Positions 1 through 14,716 of a stretch of DNA of 64,000 bases are shown in pieces. Origin of the DNA: Camelus ferus. Lineage: Eukaryota. The DNA is taken from the NCBI RefSeq assembly GCF_009834535.1, contig NC_045697.1, forward strand, positions 97,962,001-98,026,000, given 5' to 3'. Within the stretch, counting starts at the first letter, position 1. Every line of letters starts with the position of its first letter. The notes under the pieces were generated by a model, which did no database searches, was not told where the DNA came from, and saw only the letters and a list, made by a program, of their open reading frames with translations. The position numbers were made by a program, and so were the translations under genes.

Positions 1-3000
1 AACCAAGTTCAAACAAGTTGTAAATTTTTCATTGTATTTTATATGAATTCTGTTTAAAGACATTATAGATGAGATTCATGCATCTGGTGAAAAGCTAGAT
101 TACATAGTGTCCAAGGTCCCCCTTTAGTTTTGAAATTCTTTGACTTTATCATCATACCACTTATGGTCTCTTATTATATGGATAATTAAGGGAAACAGAA
201 GCACAGGGCAGAATTAAATCAGCCACTGTTGTTGCTCCTAAGACGAGTTTATGATTCTTGACTCAAAATATAAACTTCAATAAAACTAAAATTCAAACTT
301 AGAAACAACTAACATAAAAGGATGTAAAACAGTCAAAAGCATTGACCTTCAAATTTTTGCCTCATAATGGGGTTAGAATCCTTAAAATTTAAAAAAAAAT
401 CTAAATGTCTTCCACAAAGCACTTGAAGGATTAATATCTGTCTTCTTTGATTACTGCCTGATAAAATATTATAACATAATCCTATAATTTCTGCACCACT
501 TATTTGACACTTCAGCCTTACATGAACAAACTGTGTTTGAGCCAAATGTATTTTTTATGCATATGTGAAGCTGAGAAATGCAAGAATTTTGATCCCAGGG
601 TACATCAATCTCATGTTCCGTTAGTGAGGAATTTTCAGACTGCTCAAAGGCCAGGAAGAGTAACTTGGTGACCTTGTTCTCTGAACACAGAATCATCTCT
701 TCTTGTGTCTTCTGGACAAATAGTGATCTTTTGTCTGCCTCAGTGGCTCAAACAGTGTAATTATACTCCTATCGCAAAATATATTTTAAAATGGATTTGC
801 CAAACTTTTTATATATATTTCCAGAAGAAAGGCACAAAATAGAAGGATTTTAATTTAGGTTTCAATTATTTCAACAACTGAAGAGAAACACTGTCATGTA
901 TTAAGATAATTCTAGCAATGCCTTGTTGTCATTAATAAAGAGATGCTTCATTCTGACAAATCTTTGTAAACTTGGGTATAAACGCAATTTTACAAATAAC
1001 TTGGTTAGGAGACACCATTTTTTAAGAAATTCATTTGGCAAATACTTTCACAAATTAACTTTGCTTAATAATCCTTATTTTTCTATATACGTTTATTTAC
1101 AGTGAGGTAACTTTCTGGGAAAATTAGTTTACATAGCTTAAGAACATACAGCACTTGAGTATTGGTAAAAGGTGCTTTGGAAATATTCTAAGAATGTAGG
1201 TAGCATTATTTTGTAATAAAAAGATCACAAAATATAACACTGCTGTAATCTGAATATATATAGTCAAGACATTATATGCTATTTTCTAGCAACTGTTACA
1301 TTAGAAACCTATAAAGCATATAGAGAAGAAGATTTCTCTCATAGAAAACTGTATCCTTAAAATACCAAAATAATGCAAGATAAAAGACTTCAAGTCAATT
1401 TTTAATGTTTTTTCATGTAACTGCTACAGCTCATTTGGGTAAGATTTTTAAATTGTTTTTGTTTTGCTATGTTTTTAATCAGGTTAATTTTATATGTCAT
1501 GTAAGAAATAGGCCTTATAAAACAGTATAATATTATTAATAATCGCCTTCACTCTGGCTTAATACAAGTCAATAAAGATAAAAGCACATATACCAAGAAT
1601 TTAAGACTGCAACATCTGAACTGAGTGTAAGTAATTTAATTGTGGACCATTTATGGACCACTCTGATTGATCACATCGCCTTAAAGGTCTTCGGGCATTT
1701 TTCCCAAATCAAATCTCTTTTCTTCTAAGTTATCATTGGTACAAGGTGCAATGACTTTCAGACATCAATTAATATAAATTGGAAGCAGGCAAAGTATTAA
1801 TTAAACATGACACTCTGATTATTTAAACCTTCTATTAAAGTTGATTATTCAGAGCATGTTGATAGCCTGCTCTTCAACAACGACTGATGGTCTCAGCTTT
1901 ACTGACTCCCTCCAAGTCTACTGTTTCCAACTCTTCAGAACAGAAGGAATAAATGAAGTGAGAAGAACATGGGAACAAGTCTAATAGACAAACTGACTAA
2001 TCTCAGACCCCCAAGGTCAAAGTAAAGCAATCCATTTCTTGGCTTTCATCAATACAAGACATGATTTATCAATCCGAGAGCAGGATTACAAACATTATAC
2101 ATCTCAATGATATGTTCTCTGCACCGTGTGACTTTTTGAACAATGACAGATTGCACAGTCGCCACAAAAGTAATATCATAGGGCAAAACCCATTATATTC
2201 GCAAACAAAAACATTTTGATTTTTAAGAACAAATTAGCACATATTACCACTACACATTTCATTTGGGGCGGAAATGGCATTTTAAAATTCACATATTCCT
2301 TGGGATTCTATTACCTTCATGGTCCAAACTTTGGACATCCATGCTCCTCAAAACAATATTCTTACTCTAACGTATATCATTTGCGGGGCCAGTCACCATG
2401 CTATAAATAATTATTAAATGGAATAGTTTTATATTACTACAAAATTTCAATGGGAACCATGGTATTTTCACATAAAAATGTTAAATGCCTCTTAAAGAAT
2501 TACTACTCCCATAGACCCAAAGCTACTCCTGGAGAAGAAAATACAAATTATAAGAATGACCATGGGAACATTTTTTTAACATTATAGATGTAATCATATA
2601 ACAGGAATTTTGCCCAGAATTTCAGGATTAGTGATTTACAAGCTTTAAAAAATAGGTAAGACTTAAGAGACTAAAGAAGTCAGGAGCTAATTATTTTGAT
2701 ACCATTAATCTCTCCGTTTCTCTCTCACTTGTTACATTGAGGAATTGTTCTATAAGTCATACTCATGATAGCAGCTTGGAAATTATTCCATAGAGTAATG
2801 TTAGCTAATTTGAAAGATTTCCACTAAAATTAAACTATATGTAAAAGGTACCCAATTGTGATCATGAAACCTTATTCCACATACTATATATTTTAAATCA
2901 CATTGGTATTTTCCCTGATCTAAATAAATGATCCCTTTTTCAATTAGGTCACAATTTTAGGGAAATTTAATTGCCGAGATCGAGAAGGATAGTAAAAAGT

Positions 3001-5079
3001 TTTGTATCTTCAGCTGCTGGTTCATTTCGCCAGCTGCCAGGACACTGCACGCTATAGTACACCTGGACACATGCACCCGTGACTGATTGGGAAACACATT
3101 TATCTTGGCACGTCACAAAGGAGGTGGAATTAGAATTATTCTCCCTGGTAACTAAAGTTATTTTGGAGCTGTGTCTCCCCACAAAATAATACAAATTACA
3201 CATCTGGACTAGGTCCACATAATTTTACCATCTGTCATCCATATTCAACCATCAATTGTTCCCAAAGCATTCTCTGTGTTTAAAAAAATAAGATTTTGTT
3301 TGAAAAGAACTGGACAAATTGTCAACATTTCAAGGAAATGTTATTTTAAAAATTGAAGACATTGAATAAATTGCTCAAAACCCTGAATTTCCTTGGTTGA
3401 TTAATATATAGTACAAACTTAACCTTTACTTTCCATTTAGGGGATTTTGTAGATTTCTCATATTCTGAGAAAACAAATGTGTTGTCTGAGTTTTATACAG
3501 AATCCTCCGTGCAAAAGTTGATTATCTGAGTACCTAATATAAAAGAATAAAAAGGGATCAGAGGTTTCTTTCTTCAGGTTGTCTTAAGAGTTACTTATTT
3601 TCCTGACCTAAAAATCCAGAAATTTGTAATCTCTCCTGAGAAGTTCCTTAGTTTGAGAGCTCAAAATATAATTTTAAATTAAAAGTATTCCAGGAATATA
3701 TAATGAAATCTGCAGAATCATGGTTTCCAGAAAATGAAAATACCTCATCCAATGTAAGCAGTGATAACAATCTTAGCCTTAATCTTATAGAACAGGCTTC
3801 AATATGGTGTGAAATAATTTTGTCATGTTTCTTTCAAAAACACTGAAGAAAGAGAATTGCTTAGGATATTGAAACCTAGGAAACACTCTTATGTTACAGT
3901 TTACTTTGTTCCCAAAATAAAGATACCATAATCATAGCAACAACCAATTATGTAGAGATTAAAAAACAAGTCACTAATCTATGCATTTCACACATATTAA
4001 CTGATTTCCACAACTCAGGGAGGTAGGTACTATTATTATTCTTACTTTTTTGAGATAAGGAAATTTCTTTGCAATTAGAAACAAAACCACAACCATAGCC
4101 ACAACAAAAACACTGAAGCAATACATCACGATTTTTTAGTATTTGTATATAAATTGATCATGGACATTATCAATGTGTGAAATTAAGGCTCCTAAATTAA
4201 GAAAGAGAAAGAAGGAAGGAGAGAATCATTGACTGCCATATGACTCAGGCAGAATGCATCAGAACTCAGATCAAATTAATAATAGCATAGATAGTTTTAA
4301 ATATGCTTAATATACACAGGAATATTACAGTATGTATTACAAACAAAATCTATGCACAAACTGTTAAATAACATTAAAAGAGAATGTGAACTATTTCTAT
4401 GCCACTGATGTATCATAGACGTCATATTATAGGTCACATCCACAAACCTACAGTCTGCCATTCTTTTCATAAGAAACACTCTCTGATACTGGATTTTAGT
4501 AATTGGTCTCTTTAAAATGTTTTTAGGCTTAAAAGGAACAGTCATAAACCATAGTAATCTCTTTCCCACAATGGAAATTCAATACTTTAAAGAAAAGAGG
4601 AGTCTTTCCTCTGCATTGCCACCTACACACTAATTATTCTCAAAAATAAAAGACAAGGCAACCTATTTATCTCTGTAATCATAATGTAGTTTACCATTTC
4701 AAAGTAATGCCAGAAACAACTAGTTCCTGGTAAATGTATGTTCTCTACCACAATTCCAGTTGTAAATATGAAACATTGTTATAAATTTATCATATTTCTC
4801 AATAAAACAAACTTTTCTCATGTTTAAATTGCAGAGTGTTTGTATAAAAGTTAAATCGGATAGTATGAAACATCATTTTAACCTAAACTTCTGGTTTGTG
4901 TGCTCAAAATTCTCACAACCCTGGTACTTGGCCAGATCTAATCAGCTTACTATCTTCCAACATACTTGGTGCCAGAATTTTAGTCCACCTTAGTTTGAAT
5001 TAAGGCATGTTCTCTGATGTCCAGTCTACTTCTTACTGACTCACCTCCATACTTGTTTCCCTTTCTTGGAGGTCTGTCC

Positions 5080-5370
5080 CCTTTTCTCTCCCTTTCTCTC
5101 TCCTATATTTATCTAAGGAACACCTACTCATCATCTGAGACTCTATGTAAGCAACGTCTCCCTGGAGAGAGTTAAATATTTCCTCCTTTAGTCTCTGTCA
5201 AACTAGGAAAGTAACCTAATATGGTATCAATCACACTGTGTTACGATTATTTGCACATTTGACTCAGTGACTAGACAATTCTTGAATACAAGCCTTACTC
5301 CTCATGTAAAATGATGCACAATAGTTAGAACTTGGTAGATGTTTAATAAAATTCAGATGAACTAAACAAC
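5080..5370. mobile_element. Degenerate L2 3' fragment
   Basis: Typical L2 tail pattern (cctactcatcatctgagactc ... gactagac ... cttggtagatgtttaataaa ... gatgaa). Boundaries approximate. Confidence 0.45.
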
Positions 5371-6074
5371 TTCAAGAATCTGTCTATATCTTACTCTGTA
5401 CTACTTAAAAATTTCCCTCTTCTGGCCACAGATTACATGCTTTTCCTGTAAAAAATCAGGTTTTTACACAAACAATAAAAATACTTCATTTTTCAAAGTT
5501 CTAGGTTAAAAAATAATTCATTTTTAAACATGAAGTCATCATCAACTCATCTAATCACCAAAAGGATCACTAACCACAAAAAGCTTTTACAAGCAATCAT
5601 CCAGCTCCCAAAGTTTACAAGTCCCTAGAGTATCTGCAGTTATTTGAAGGCTTGTCCATTAATTGTCCACAATTGTATAGTTGTAACTAATTGTATAGTT
5701 ACAAAAAACTCCTATGAGTTACTAGAAATAGTCAACTTTTGGAGTTCACATCTTATGGAACATCTGTGGGCAGCTGAGAGTCCATGTTAAATTGTATGTA
5801 TGTTTTTATGAAGTAGGTCACCTAAAATGCAACTCTATCCTTTTGTGCTTTCAGGTTACCAGATAATTTAGTATTGAAAGTAGAATATATAATACAGTTA
5901 ATTACAACTAGTTTATGATAAAATTAAGTAAGTTTTACTTGCCCAAGAGAAGATGATGACAACGATGGGAAAGTGAATTGGCCCACACTGTACTCCTTCG
6001 TTGTCTACTTCTTCAAATATATAACCTTACCTTTCACTCCTCATAAATATTGCAGAGTAAATACGGCTACTTAC

Positions 6075-6119
6075 TTTTCAGGATTTTCCACTTCTTCAGT
6101 AACAAAGTTGAGATAAAAC
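6075..6119 (-). CDS. SLC7A11: SLC7A11 exon 6, 45 nt
   Basis: Acceptor TCTTTTCAG|, donor AA|GTAAGT. Translates (W)FYLNFVTEEVENPE(K). I found no further exon between 1 and 6074, so the gene continues outside the window. Confidence 0.96.
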
Positions 6120-6324
6120 CTGAAAAGATATAAATGTAGTACAAATGATCAATGTATTTTATAATCATAATCCAAAATTTCAAATTTTAAGTATTTAAAA
6201 TCAAATTCAGAATTATAAAAACTTTATAAACAACTAACCTAAGATGAAAATCTCCAACATCAAAAGCTCCCACAAGTCAGTTTTCTATTAAACAGTATTT
6301 GTGGAGTTCTTTGTTATTTCTTAA

Positions 6325-6955
6325 CATTTTTATAGAGGTTTAACATATGAACAGTGAAGTGAACAAATCTTAATGTATAACCTGATGAATTTTTACATAT
6401 TTATACATCTAAGTAACCAACAAAAATATCAAGAGACAAAACATTCCGAACACCCTAGAAGGTTCCCTCAAGGCCCTTCCAATCACTATCATCTCCTCCA
6501 CCCTCACATAAATGCAACCACTATTCTGACTTTTACCACTATAGGTTAGTTTTGCTTATTTCATCACAATAGACTAATATTTGCTTGTACAACTATTATA
6601 CAATACTTATTCTTATGTGTCTGGCTTTTTTGCTGGACTTCATGTTTGTGGGTCTCATCCATGTTGTTGTATGTAGCAGTAATTCATTTCTTTTTATTGT
6701 TGCTTTTCATTATATGAATGTAACACTGTATATTCTCTCATTGATGGACATTTTAATTACTTCCAATTTATAGCTAATATGAATACAGAAATCATAAGTA
6801 TGCTTGTGCACGTCCTTTTGGGGACCATGCAATCATTTCTCTTGGGCATATATTCAGAATATGATCACTGGGTCACAGAGTGGATGTGTATTTACTATCA
6901 CACTATTTTCTACCATTTTTGCATTCTTATCAGCAATATATGAGATTGCCATGTG
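6325..6955 (-). mobile_element. Old L1 (L1M-type) 3' end fragment
   Basis: Reverse-complement L1 3' motifs: caaccactattctgacttt, atccatgttgttgtatgtagcagtaattcatt, ttgatggacattt, cagcaatatatgaga. Confidence 0.8.
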
Positions 6956-8309
6956 TTGGTCACTTGGGAAATAAAAGGAGAAAATCTATAATCTCTCATC
7001 TCAAGGAGCTCATAGTCCATGAAATGGTCCATAGAATCATGTGACACGCAGGCACAGGAGGCTGTGCTAGAGCATGCCCAGGGTACCACGGGAGCCAGAG
7101 GTGAAGTCAGACCCAGACTGTCAGTCAGGGAAGGTTTTCAAAAGGAAGCATCACCCAAGTCGAGTCTTCAAAAATGCTTAACATTTAGCCCTGGTGAAGT
7201 GGCGTGAGGACACTCCAGATGGAGTGTAGCACACAAGCACGGGGCTGTGAGCAGGAGCTGAGTATTCTGCAGCACAGAACACTGGGGGAAGTGAGAACAC
7301 AATGTAAGTACAAGGTGGCCTCTGGCTTCTGGGAATCCAGATTTTAGTAGCAGTAACATGTCAATCAAAACTTGTAGGGCAAGAGAAATATGACAATAGC
7401 ATTTGCCCTGGATTTAAACACAGAGGGTGAGTAGACAATGAAAATGGGATGAAAGATAATCAATTCTCAATTTGCACTTCTTCTTTGCAAGTCACTGTTT
7501 TCCAGGATGCATCCCGCCCAAATAACCTCAAGTCATAAGGCAACTGTGCCTTATGCAAAACAGCAACTATGAACTTGCTATTTTTCTTTTTGTATATTTA
7601 GGCAGCTAATTTTAGACACATTGTTTGTCATTATACTGTAAGTCGATAACTAAGCAGCAGAACATTTTGAATACTTCCCCTGAGCCCTGAACACTTCCGT
7701 GGGTCTCGCACAAGACCAGAAGCATCCTAGGCACACAATCAAGCTCTGCAGGAGCTCAAATACTACCTCACATTACGTTACGGCCCTAGAGAGATTCAGA
7801 TTCCTTTCCTTCACTTGGTGAGTCTACTCGTCCCACCCAGGGATGTCTACTGCCTTGCATCCTTGACTTCTTTTTCCAATCTAAAGGGATTGCTGGAGAC
7901 CTTTTAAAATCCTTGAAGTTCTTTTTCAAGGTTCCAAGATGTAAGATTGAGGCAGACTCCTCAAATAAGCATATAGAGATAACTGGATCATGAAGATGAG
8001 AAAACTAAAGGATCGCCCCAGAGGGAGACAGTCATGAAGACAAAGACCTTTCTACCTCTTCACTGCATTGGCTTAAGAATATTTCACAAAGTAATGAAGT
8101 CATATTTTCAATATACTCTTCTGTGTTCTTACTATTCCTTAGAAGGTAAATTAGCCATCATATAAGTACACAGACATACGGGTCTATAGGTACAAATTCT
8201 CAAAAACCAAATGGCTGGAATATTAGCCCATCATCCTTTATACTTAAAGTATTTCATAACTTGAAGATGAGAAAACCTGTCTTATTCTATCTTTATAAAA
8301 ACTCCATCT

Positions 8310-8728
8310 AAATTCACAAGTAGGCAGTTGATGCTCATGGTTGTAAAAAAAAAGTTGGAGTCACTTATGTTAAGTCTCACATCACAAACCAAAACTTCAC
8401 TCATGTAAAGTTTCAGACCTCCCAGAAATGGAATCTTGAGCCAGTCAATTAGGAATTGCACCATTTAGATAATCTGCCTGACAGATTCTGCCATCCTCTA
8501 AATGACAATGACTTTGCAATAACCAATCTGGTGGGTTTTTTTGTTTTTTTTTTTTTTTTTGTGCTTATGATTTTCTTGTTTCCTGACCACTTCTGCCTAT
8601 AAAAGTCTTCTAATTTTGTACAGCTTCCCAGAGCTCCTTTCTACCTGCTAGATGGGATGCTGCCAGACCAAATCAATTTTTGCTCAAACTCTTAAAAATT
8701 TTAATATCCCTCAGTTTATCTTTTAAGA
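8310..8728 (+). mobile_element. ERV1-like solo LTR (degenerate)
   Basis: CCAAT near 8523, TATAAAA near 8598, and a U5-like end cctcagtttatcttttaa. Left boundary uncertain. Confidence 0.55.
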
Positions 8729-9689
8729 AAGCTAAGGTGTCTAATATTTTAAGGACTCTGTTCTAAGTAGAAACATTTGAATATCTGAGAGAACAGTAGC
8801 AATAAAGGTGACCAAAAAGTGAGCAGCCAAGGGTATTTTTTTAATGACTAGAAAGTAAGTTGCTAAAAATAGAGGTTGTAGTTATATCAGCAAGGCAAGC
8901 AACAATCAATACTTATATCTGGAATACGCGCTCGGAGGGATTTGATGTGTTTGTTCTAAGCCCAAGGCAATGGGAAGTACAGGAGGAAAACGGAAAAAAC
9001 AAAACAAAACAAACAAACAAAGAAACACAAAAATACCTCACCCCCCCCCACACACACACACTTAGAAATATTTCCGGGCTTCTTGCTTCAAAAATAGTCA
9101 GTTCCTCCTAAACTGGTCTTTTCCAACAATGTTAAGGCAGGAAAGGAAATATTTATGAAAAAAGAACCCAATTTCAAACATTTGCCACAGAGAAAAGGCA
9201 AGGGCGGGGGAGTGGGAAGGAGAAAGCTGCTTATTTTGGTCCAAACATTTGCATCCTGTGGGAAATACACCGTTATGCTCTCCTGGTCTCCAGCAACGCG
9301 TCCAGAGCATCCTCCTTGCTTTACATCTCCTCAAGTTCTCTAGAGAATGTTCATAAGATCTATTGTTCCAGCTTTTCCATGGTTGTGTAGAAAAAGCACT
9401 ACAAAGCTGGCAATGCATTCCAATACCCAACGAGGTGAATTATTTTAAAAAGAAGCTTATTCTTTAGATTAGATTTGACACAATGCTACAAAATAATCCC
9501 AGCAGGTGTTTTAGAAAGACTAAACCCACTGAGGATAGGATTTAAAAGGAAGAAAAAAAGACACCAAAAAAAACTATTTTCTATCACACAGTTTAAAAAA
9601 AAAAAAATCCCACCAAGCAATATTTAGCTTTGGATCAGGATATGGGACTGAAATTGGTTGAGTTCCCCAGGTCCCCAGGGAGACTGGCA

Positions 9690-9830
9690 GACATATTTCT
9701 CTGAATGTGGACATTGGCAATAAAATTAAAGCTGTTCTGACCCAGCTCTGTGACCTGGCTGGGTTAATGATTTCTTTCCCCCAATCATGTTTCTGTGAAG
9801 GAGTTTTCATCATTTGGAAAAGGTCCAGCA
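9690..9830 (+). mobile_element. MIR fragment
   Basis: Core motif agctctgtgacctgg ... agttttcatcatttggaaaagg. Confidence 0.4.
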
Positions 9831-12705
9831 TGCCTCATGGCCAAAAGCCTGCTCTATTCAGATCCAAGGTCTGGCAGTGTCTTTTTCCCATTCAACACGT
9901 AGAGGTTGACTCATTAACAGAACAAGGCCCTCAAAGAAAACAAAAAGGTCTTGCTTCTTTTACTTACCCTCTAGGTGGTTAAGTTCTAAAGACAATAGCT
10001 GTTTCTGCCTTCTTATTTGCAATGCCCCTATACTACCCCCGCCCCCCCGCATCAAACATTGTCAGGGAGGCAGCACAGGGAGTGGAGGCTTACAGTGCCC
10101 CGTTTATAATTCCACAACTCAGTCTTTTAATTCTATCATGAAAGGCAAAGAGAGGTCAGAAAGGCAGGATCACATTTGGAAAGTGCCTAAATGCCCCCCA
10201 CTTTGGAAACTGTTTTAGCTCCCATCATGTTCCATTTATATCCAGATAGTAACTTTTCCTCTGCAACTCCAAACCAAAAGACAATTTCTTCTAAACACAG
10301 CTCCCTTTTTCTAAGACCGATGGCCATAGATTAACAATCAGATTATTTCTACCCGTCCACAGAGCAGCATTTAGGTAGCCAAACAGCCTGTTAGAGAAGT
10401 ACAGTTACCTATCTGTCCCCTACAGAAATCACTTGTATCAGACAACATTCTGTTTAAAATCCTAGACTTAATTTCCCATTGAACCCTCCAGAATGTAAGA
10501 AAATCAACAATTTCCCATTCTTTAAAATAGGGAGTGGACATGAGGATTCTACGGGTAAAAGTATAAATAAAGGTTCATGTAAACCTTATTTACCCTGTAA
10601 ATAGAGGGTTGAAGAATAAATTTCTAGGCTCAAGATGGAGCCAGACTCCAAACACCAAGCCAACACTGGGCTCTATACTTACTTCCTTGTTTCATATTCA
10701 TTTTCTGTTTTTCTCTTCTTTGTTCCTTAGTCCTCATGCTATAAAAGCTTCCTGTCCTCCACTCTATTTTGCTGTTCTTTGGACTTTTGTTTGTATCACC
10801 TAAATTGTCATTTTAAATCATTTTAACAACAGTAACATTTTGGGTTCAGCATCAATAAAACTAAATATTAAGATAAGAAGATAATTCAAAATGAAAAGAG
10901 TCTTTATACTGGGAGAAATCTACCAGCCCTCGAAAGCCTACAGAAGTGGAGAAGATTTGCTCTACATAAAGCAGGTGACCTGAATATTCAGCACTTGTAG
11001 TAGGCGAGGGAGTTGGGGAGAAGAGTATTTTAAGATTCTGTGGGAACAGATGCATGGGTACTCACAGGCAAAAGAAACTTCATTCAATAGAATTAATCAA
11101 ATCTCCCTTGTGACTATCTCCACATTCCACATTCCTGATTGAACACTGCCGAGCTCCCAACACTTGGCTCTGCCTGAAAGCTTTTTGCCACCTCCCTGCT
11201 TCACCCTGGCATCTCCTGGTGACCCTCCCAGTGCTTGGCTGTTGCCCCAGGGTGCCAGGGCTCTGATCCAGGCTGAAAAGCCACAGAATAGATGACTCTG
11301 CTGCTAACCCTGTGATCACAACTCTGTTCTTTTTTCCGCTCAGCACTACATTGTGCTTTGGACAAAAATATAAAGACTTCAGAAATACTGAGTGATACGA
11401 GACTAATGCTCACAGACAATGGCTATCAAAATATTCCGAGAATGCACAAATATTTCACACTAGACTTCTGAGAGCAACGAACTTCAGACACTTTGCTTCA
11501 AAAGCCATGTTAAAATTTTTAGTTCCTGTCCTCTCCTGATCCTCCTGTAGTGCTAAATTTCCATAATTCAATGAGATTAATAGGGTAAAACCTCCATTTA
11601 TTTTGAAATGTATTTTTATATTCCATGCATTTGCTGGAAGGTAAGATCCTAAAAATTAAAGAACAAAAGGAAATTGTACTTGTGTTTGAAATGCACTTAT
11701 ATGATTTTTGAGCTAGTGTGGTTTGTTATTATCTTTAGGTTCATAGAACATTCTCACAGCTAACACTGTACAACTACTAGCTCTATAAATACTAAAAAAG
11801 AAATATTGCTACTAATTACTCCAAAACAGTGAAATTTAATTTTCTTACAATTATTTTGATGTTTAAATAACACTATTCTTCCTAGTGGGCTTTCTCCCAA
11901 CAGTCACCTCAACTAAATCTTACTAGATCAATAAAATTTAATTAGGAAGAAATCCCACTCACAGACATGATTATTGTTATTCAAGTTCCTGAACAAAGCA
12001 AGACAAAAATACAAAGTTTTAATGCTTCAACCAGAAAGGTATCACAGTTGAACCTGCATTCAAGGAAACATACCTGAAGCCCAGTGATTTTATTCATCTT
12101 TGCTGCGCATTTTGTTTTCAAATGCTGAGGAAATTTTAAGGAATTTGTAAGGTCCTTTAAATCATTAACAGAGAATCTAGCACACCTGATTTCATTATCC
12201 TGGTTTCTCCTTCCTGCCTTTAGAGTACTATTTTACCTCCTGGAAACATCTTACTTATTTCTATATCTGAACTGTTTCTTTCTCATGGGAAGGTGGAAAA
12301 AATCAATTAATCACTATTTGTATACACCCTTGGAGCTTCAGTTGGAAAGCTTTTTGACAAGCAAAGACTAATCTTTAATTTCTTGTGGCACTATTATGCC
12401 CTTACTTATACATACTTATAAGTGATTTATACTGGCTCGTGAGACCCAGCATTTGTTTGTTTTTCATATTATCAGGCTAAATCCAGCAGTCACCTTGACT
12501 GGAAACCTGAATGATGTTGGTGTGAAGTCGTGTACGCAGTAATCAGCCTGGTGAAGGGAGCCGTGCCATCTTTCTCACTTCACGTAAAGCACATCGCACT
12601 GGATGATGGCTGTTCACTGTTGCCCAGCACCTTGCTTGGCACTTGATCACAGTACTTGAAGGAATTAAGTATCCAAACCACCAGTTGACAGAGATAAAAA
12701 CTTAC

Positions 12706-12805
12706 CAGCCAGCATATGCATACATTCCATAATAAAAAGCCAGTGGCAATCCCATAATACTTGCATCTCTTCCTGAAAAGGCATCTTTAAAGTGTTGTGT
12801 TTGTC
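12706..12805 (-). CDS. SLC7A11: SLC7A11 exon 5, 100 nt
   Basis: Acceptor CTCACTGCAG|, donor TG|GTAAGT. Translates (G)[32 protein letters not shown](W), with the TM6 YAYAGW motif. Confidence 0.97.
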
Positions 12806-13324
12806 CTGCAGTGAGAATAGAAAGATTTAGGACTTTTCAAAGAATTGGTTGTTATTCCTTCTTCAACCTTAAACACGAAGAGGGGAAGACAGAGGGGCTG
12901 GGGATGAACTACATAGAGTTTAGGTCCAGATTTCTTACTCTCTGCTCATTTCTAACTTTATCAATGCTGCACCCACACTAGAGAAGGAGTCCCCAAAGTA
13001 TACTGATTACCACTAACACAACTTCACTTTTCTTTTAATAAAATGATGGCAAAGAGGAAAATGGCATTTCAAACACAATCCCTTGTTTAAGCGTGCCTCT
13101 GCTCTTCACAGAGTTTTTGTCCACAAAAGAAGGCTAAAGGCTCTTCTGTAAAATCTAGTTTTTAGGAGTGTGATAGAATTCTTAAAAATGAAGATAATAC
13201 AGTGCTTGGGAAGAAATATTGAAGGGTCACTTCTCAATGAGGAGGTGGCATGAAACCCCAGAACCACCTTCCTACATCATTTCACATTCTACTTTCTGCT
13301 TTTCCCCTACAGTTCATTAGATAC

Positions 13325-13568
13325 CAAGAGGGGCTGGAAAGCCCTGTGGAACAAATCTGCTCCCACCCCCAAGCTTCTTCTGTAATCAAAGGTCTGTTGG
13401 AGCACAGCCAGGCCCACTTACTTACTTCTGACTGACACTATCAGTCTATGGCTAATTTCCCTCTCCAACAGCAGAACTGTATGATTTGGGAGAGACCACA
13501 TGGCACACGAAGTTGAAAACATTTACTCTCTGGCCATTTACAGAGGAAGTCCACTGACTGTTTCCTAG
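13325..13568. mobile_element. MER58-like hAT-Charlie DNA transposon
   Basis: Motifs ttggagcacagcca, gtctatggct, gagaccacatggc, aaacatttactctctggccatttacagagg. Confidence 0.7.
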
Positions 13569-14716
13569 AGAATGGCATGATTTCCTTCTAGAAACACTGA
13601 AAAGAAACTCTCCTGAACACTAAAATAAATAGGTTTTAACAAATTTTGCATCAACACGTGGATTGAACACTTTAAGGCATCACATTTTTCTCCACTTTAT
13701 AAATCATAATGGGACTTTTCTTGTATATATTTTGGATAATTAAAAAAACAGAAATTCAGATTTACTTTAGTTAACCAATATTTAAAGTTAAGCATAAAAT
13801 GTCTCCATTTCCCAAAGAAAATATCAAATGAGATTATCCAAATGAGAAATAAGTTTCAAAACTGGTCTTCACATATGTAAATAACAGAGGAAAAGGAGGT
13901 GGATGATAAATGAGATCCTCTCTCTTCACTCAAATCTGGTTTTGCCTGCATTGTCCAGAAGACAACATATGTATCAAAAAAAGGTAAGAGTTCTAAAACC
14001 AAAAATGGAGAATGCTGAGTTATATACTAAATGATTTTCCCCTTGAAGCATCCAATTCCCAAATACAGTTCATTTTTTAAAATGATACCATCAATTCAGA
14101 CATACTCATTTTACTAAAACATCTCTGGGTCCTCATAAAAGGAAAATATAAGTACTAAAACCCAGATAAAAAACTTCTGTTGAATATTACATTATCATGA
14201 TCTGTGGTCTCCTTGGCCTTAAGTAACTATTCCTAAGAGTGTGGCACTGAAAAAATCTATAAAAGATACCAAATTTTGTAAAGACCAGATTCCTAGCACA
14301 GATCCTGAAATAGGCCATTTTGAGAGTGTTACAAAAGAAAGGCATTTCTAAGCTTTGGCAATATTTTGGCTGCATAACATTGGTCTCAAGAAGATCAAAG
14401 TCATTATATTCAAAGGGAAGTTTATCAAATCCTCATAAGAGAATATATAACATACAGCCATTTTCTGGATTGGGTTATATTAATAATAAATGCACAATGT
14501 GTATTAGTCAAATTTTCTCTTCCTAAAGTTTCATATTAATATGAAAAACAAGTGATAAATTACAAAGAAAATCATCATTTTATAGTAATAAATATTCCTG
14601 CTAAGAATGCTCTCCTAAATATGAAAATTTACTTTAAATGTGGTAAAACTCTCTTAGGTCATTTTTCTATTATGTGAGATATATAAGGAAATCTGGTCAC
14701 ATTAAAGCTTTGAGAT

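Noticed and set aside
7680..7830. Possible antisense exon ending in a plus-strand TG|GTGAGT donor
   Set aside because: A lone donor-like motif without transcript evidence or an identifiable partner exon.
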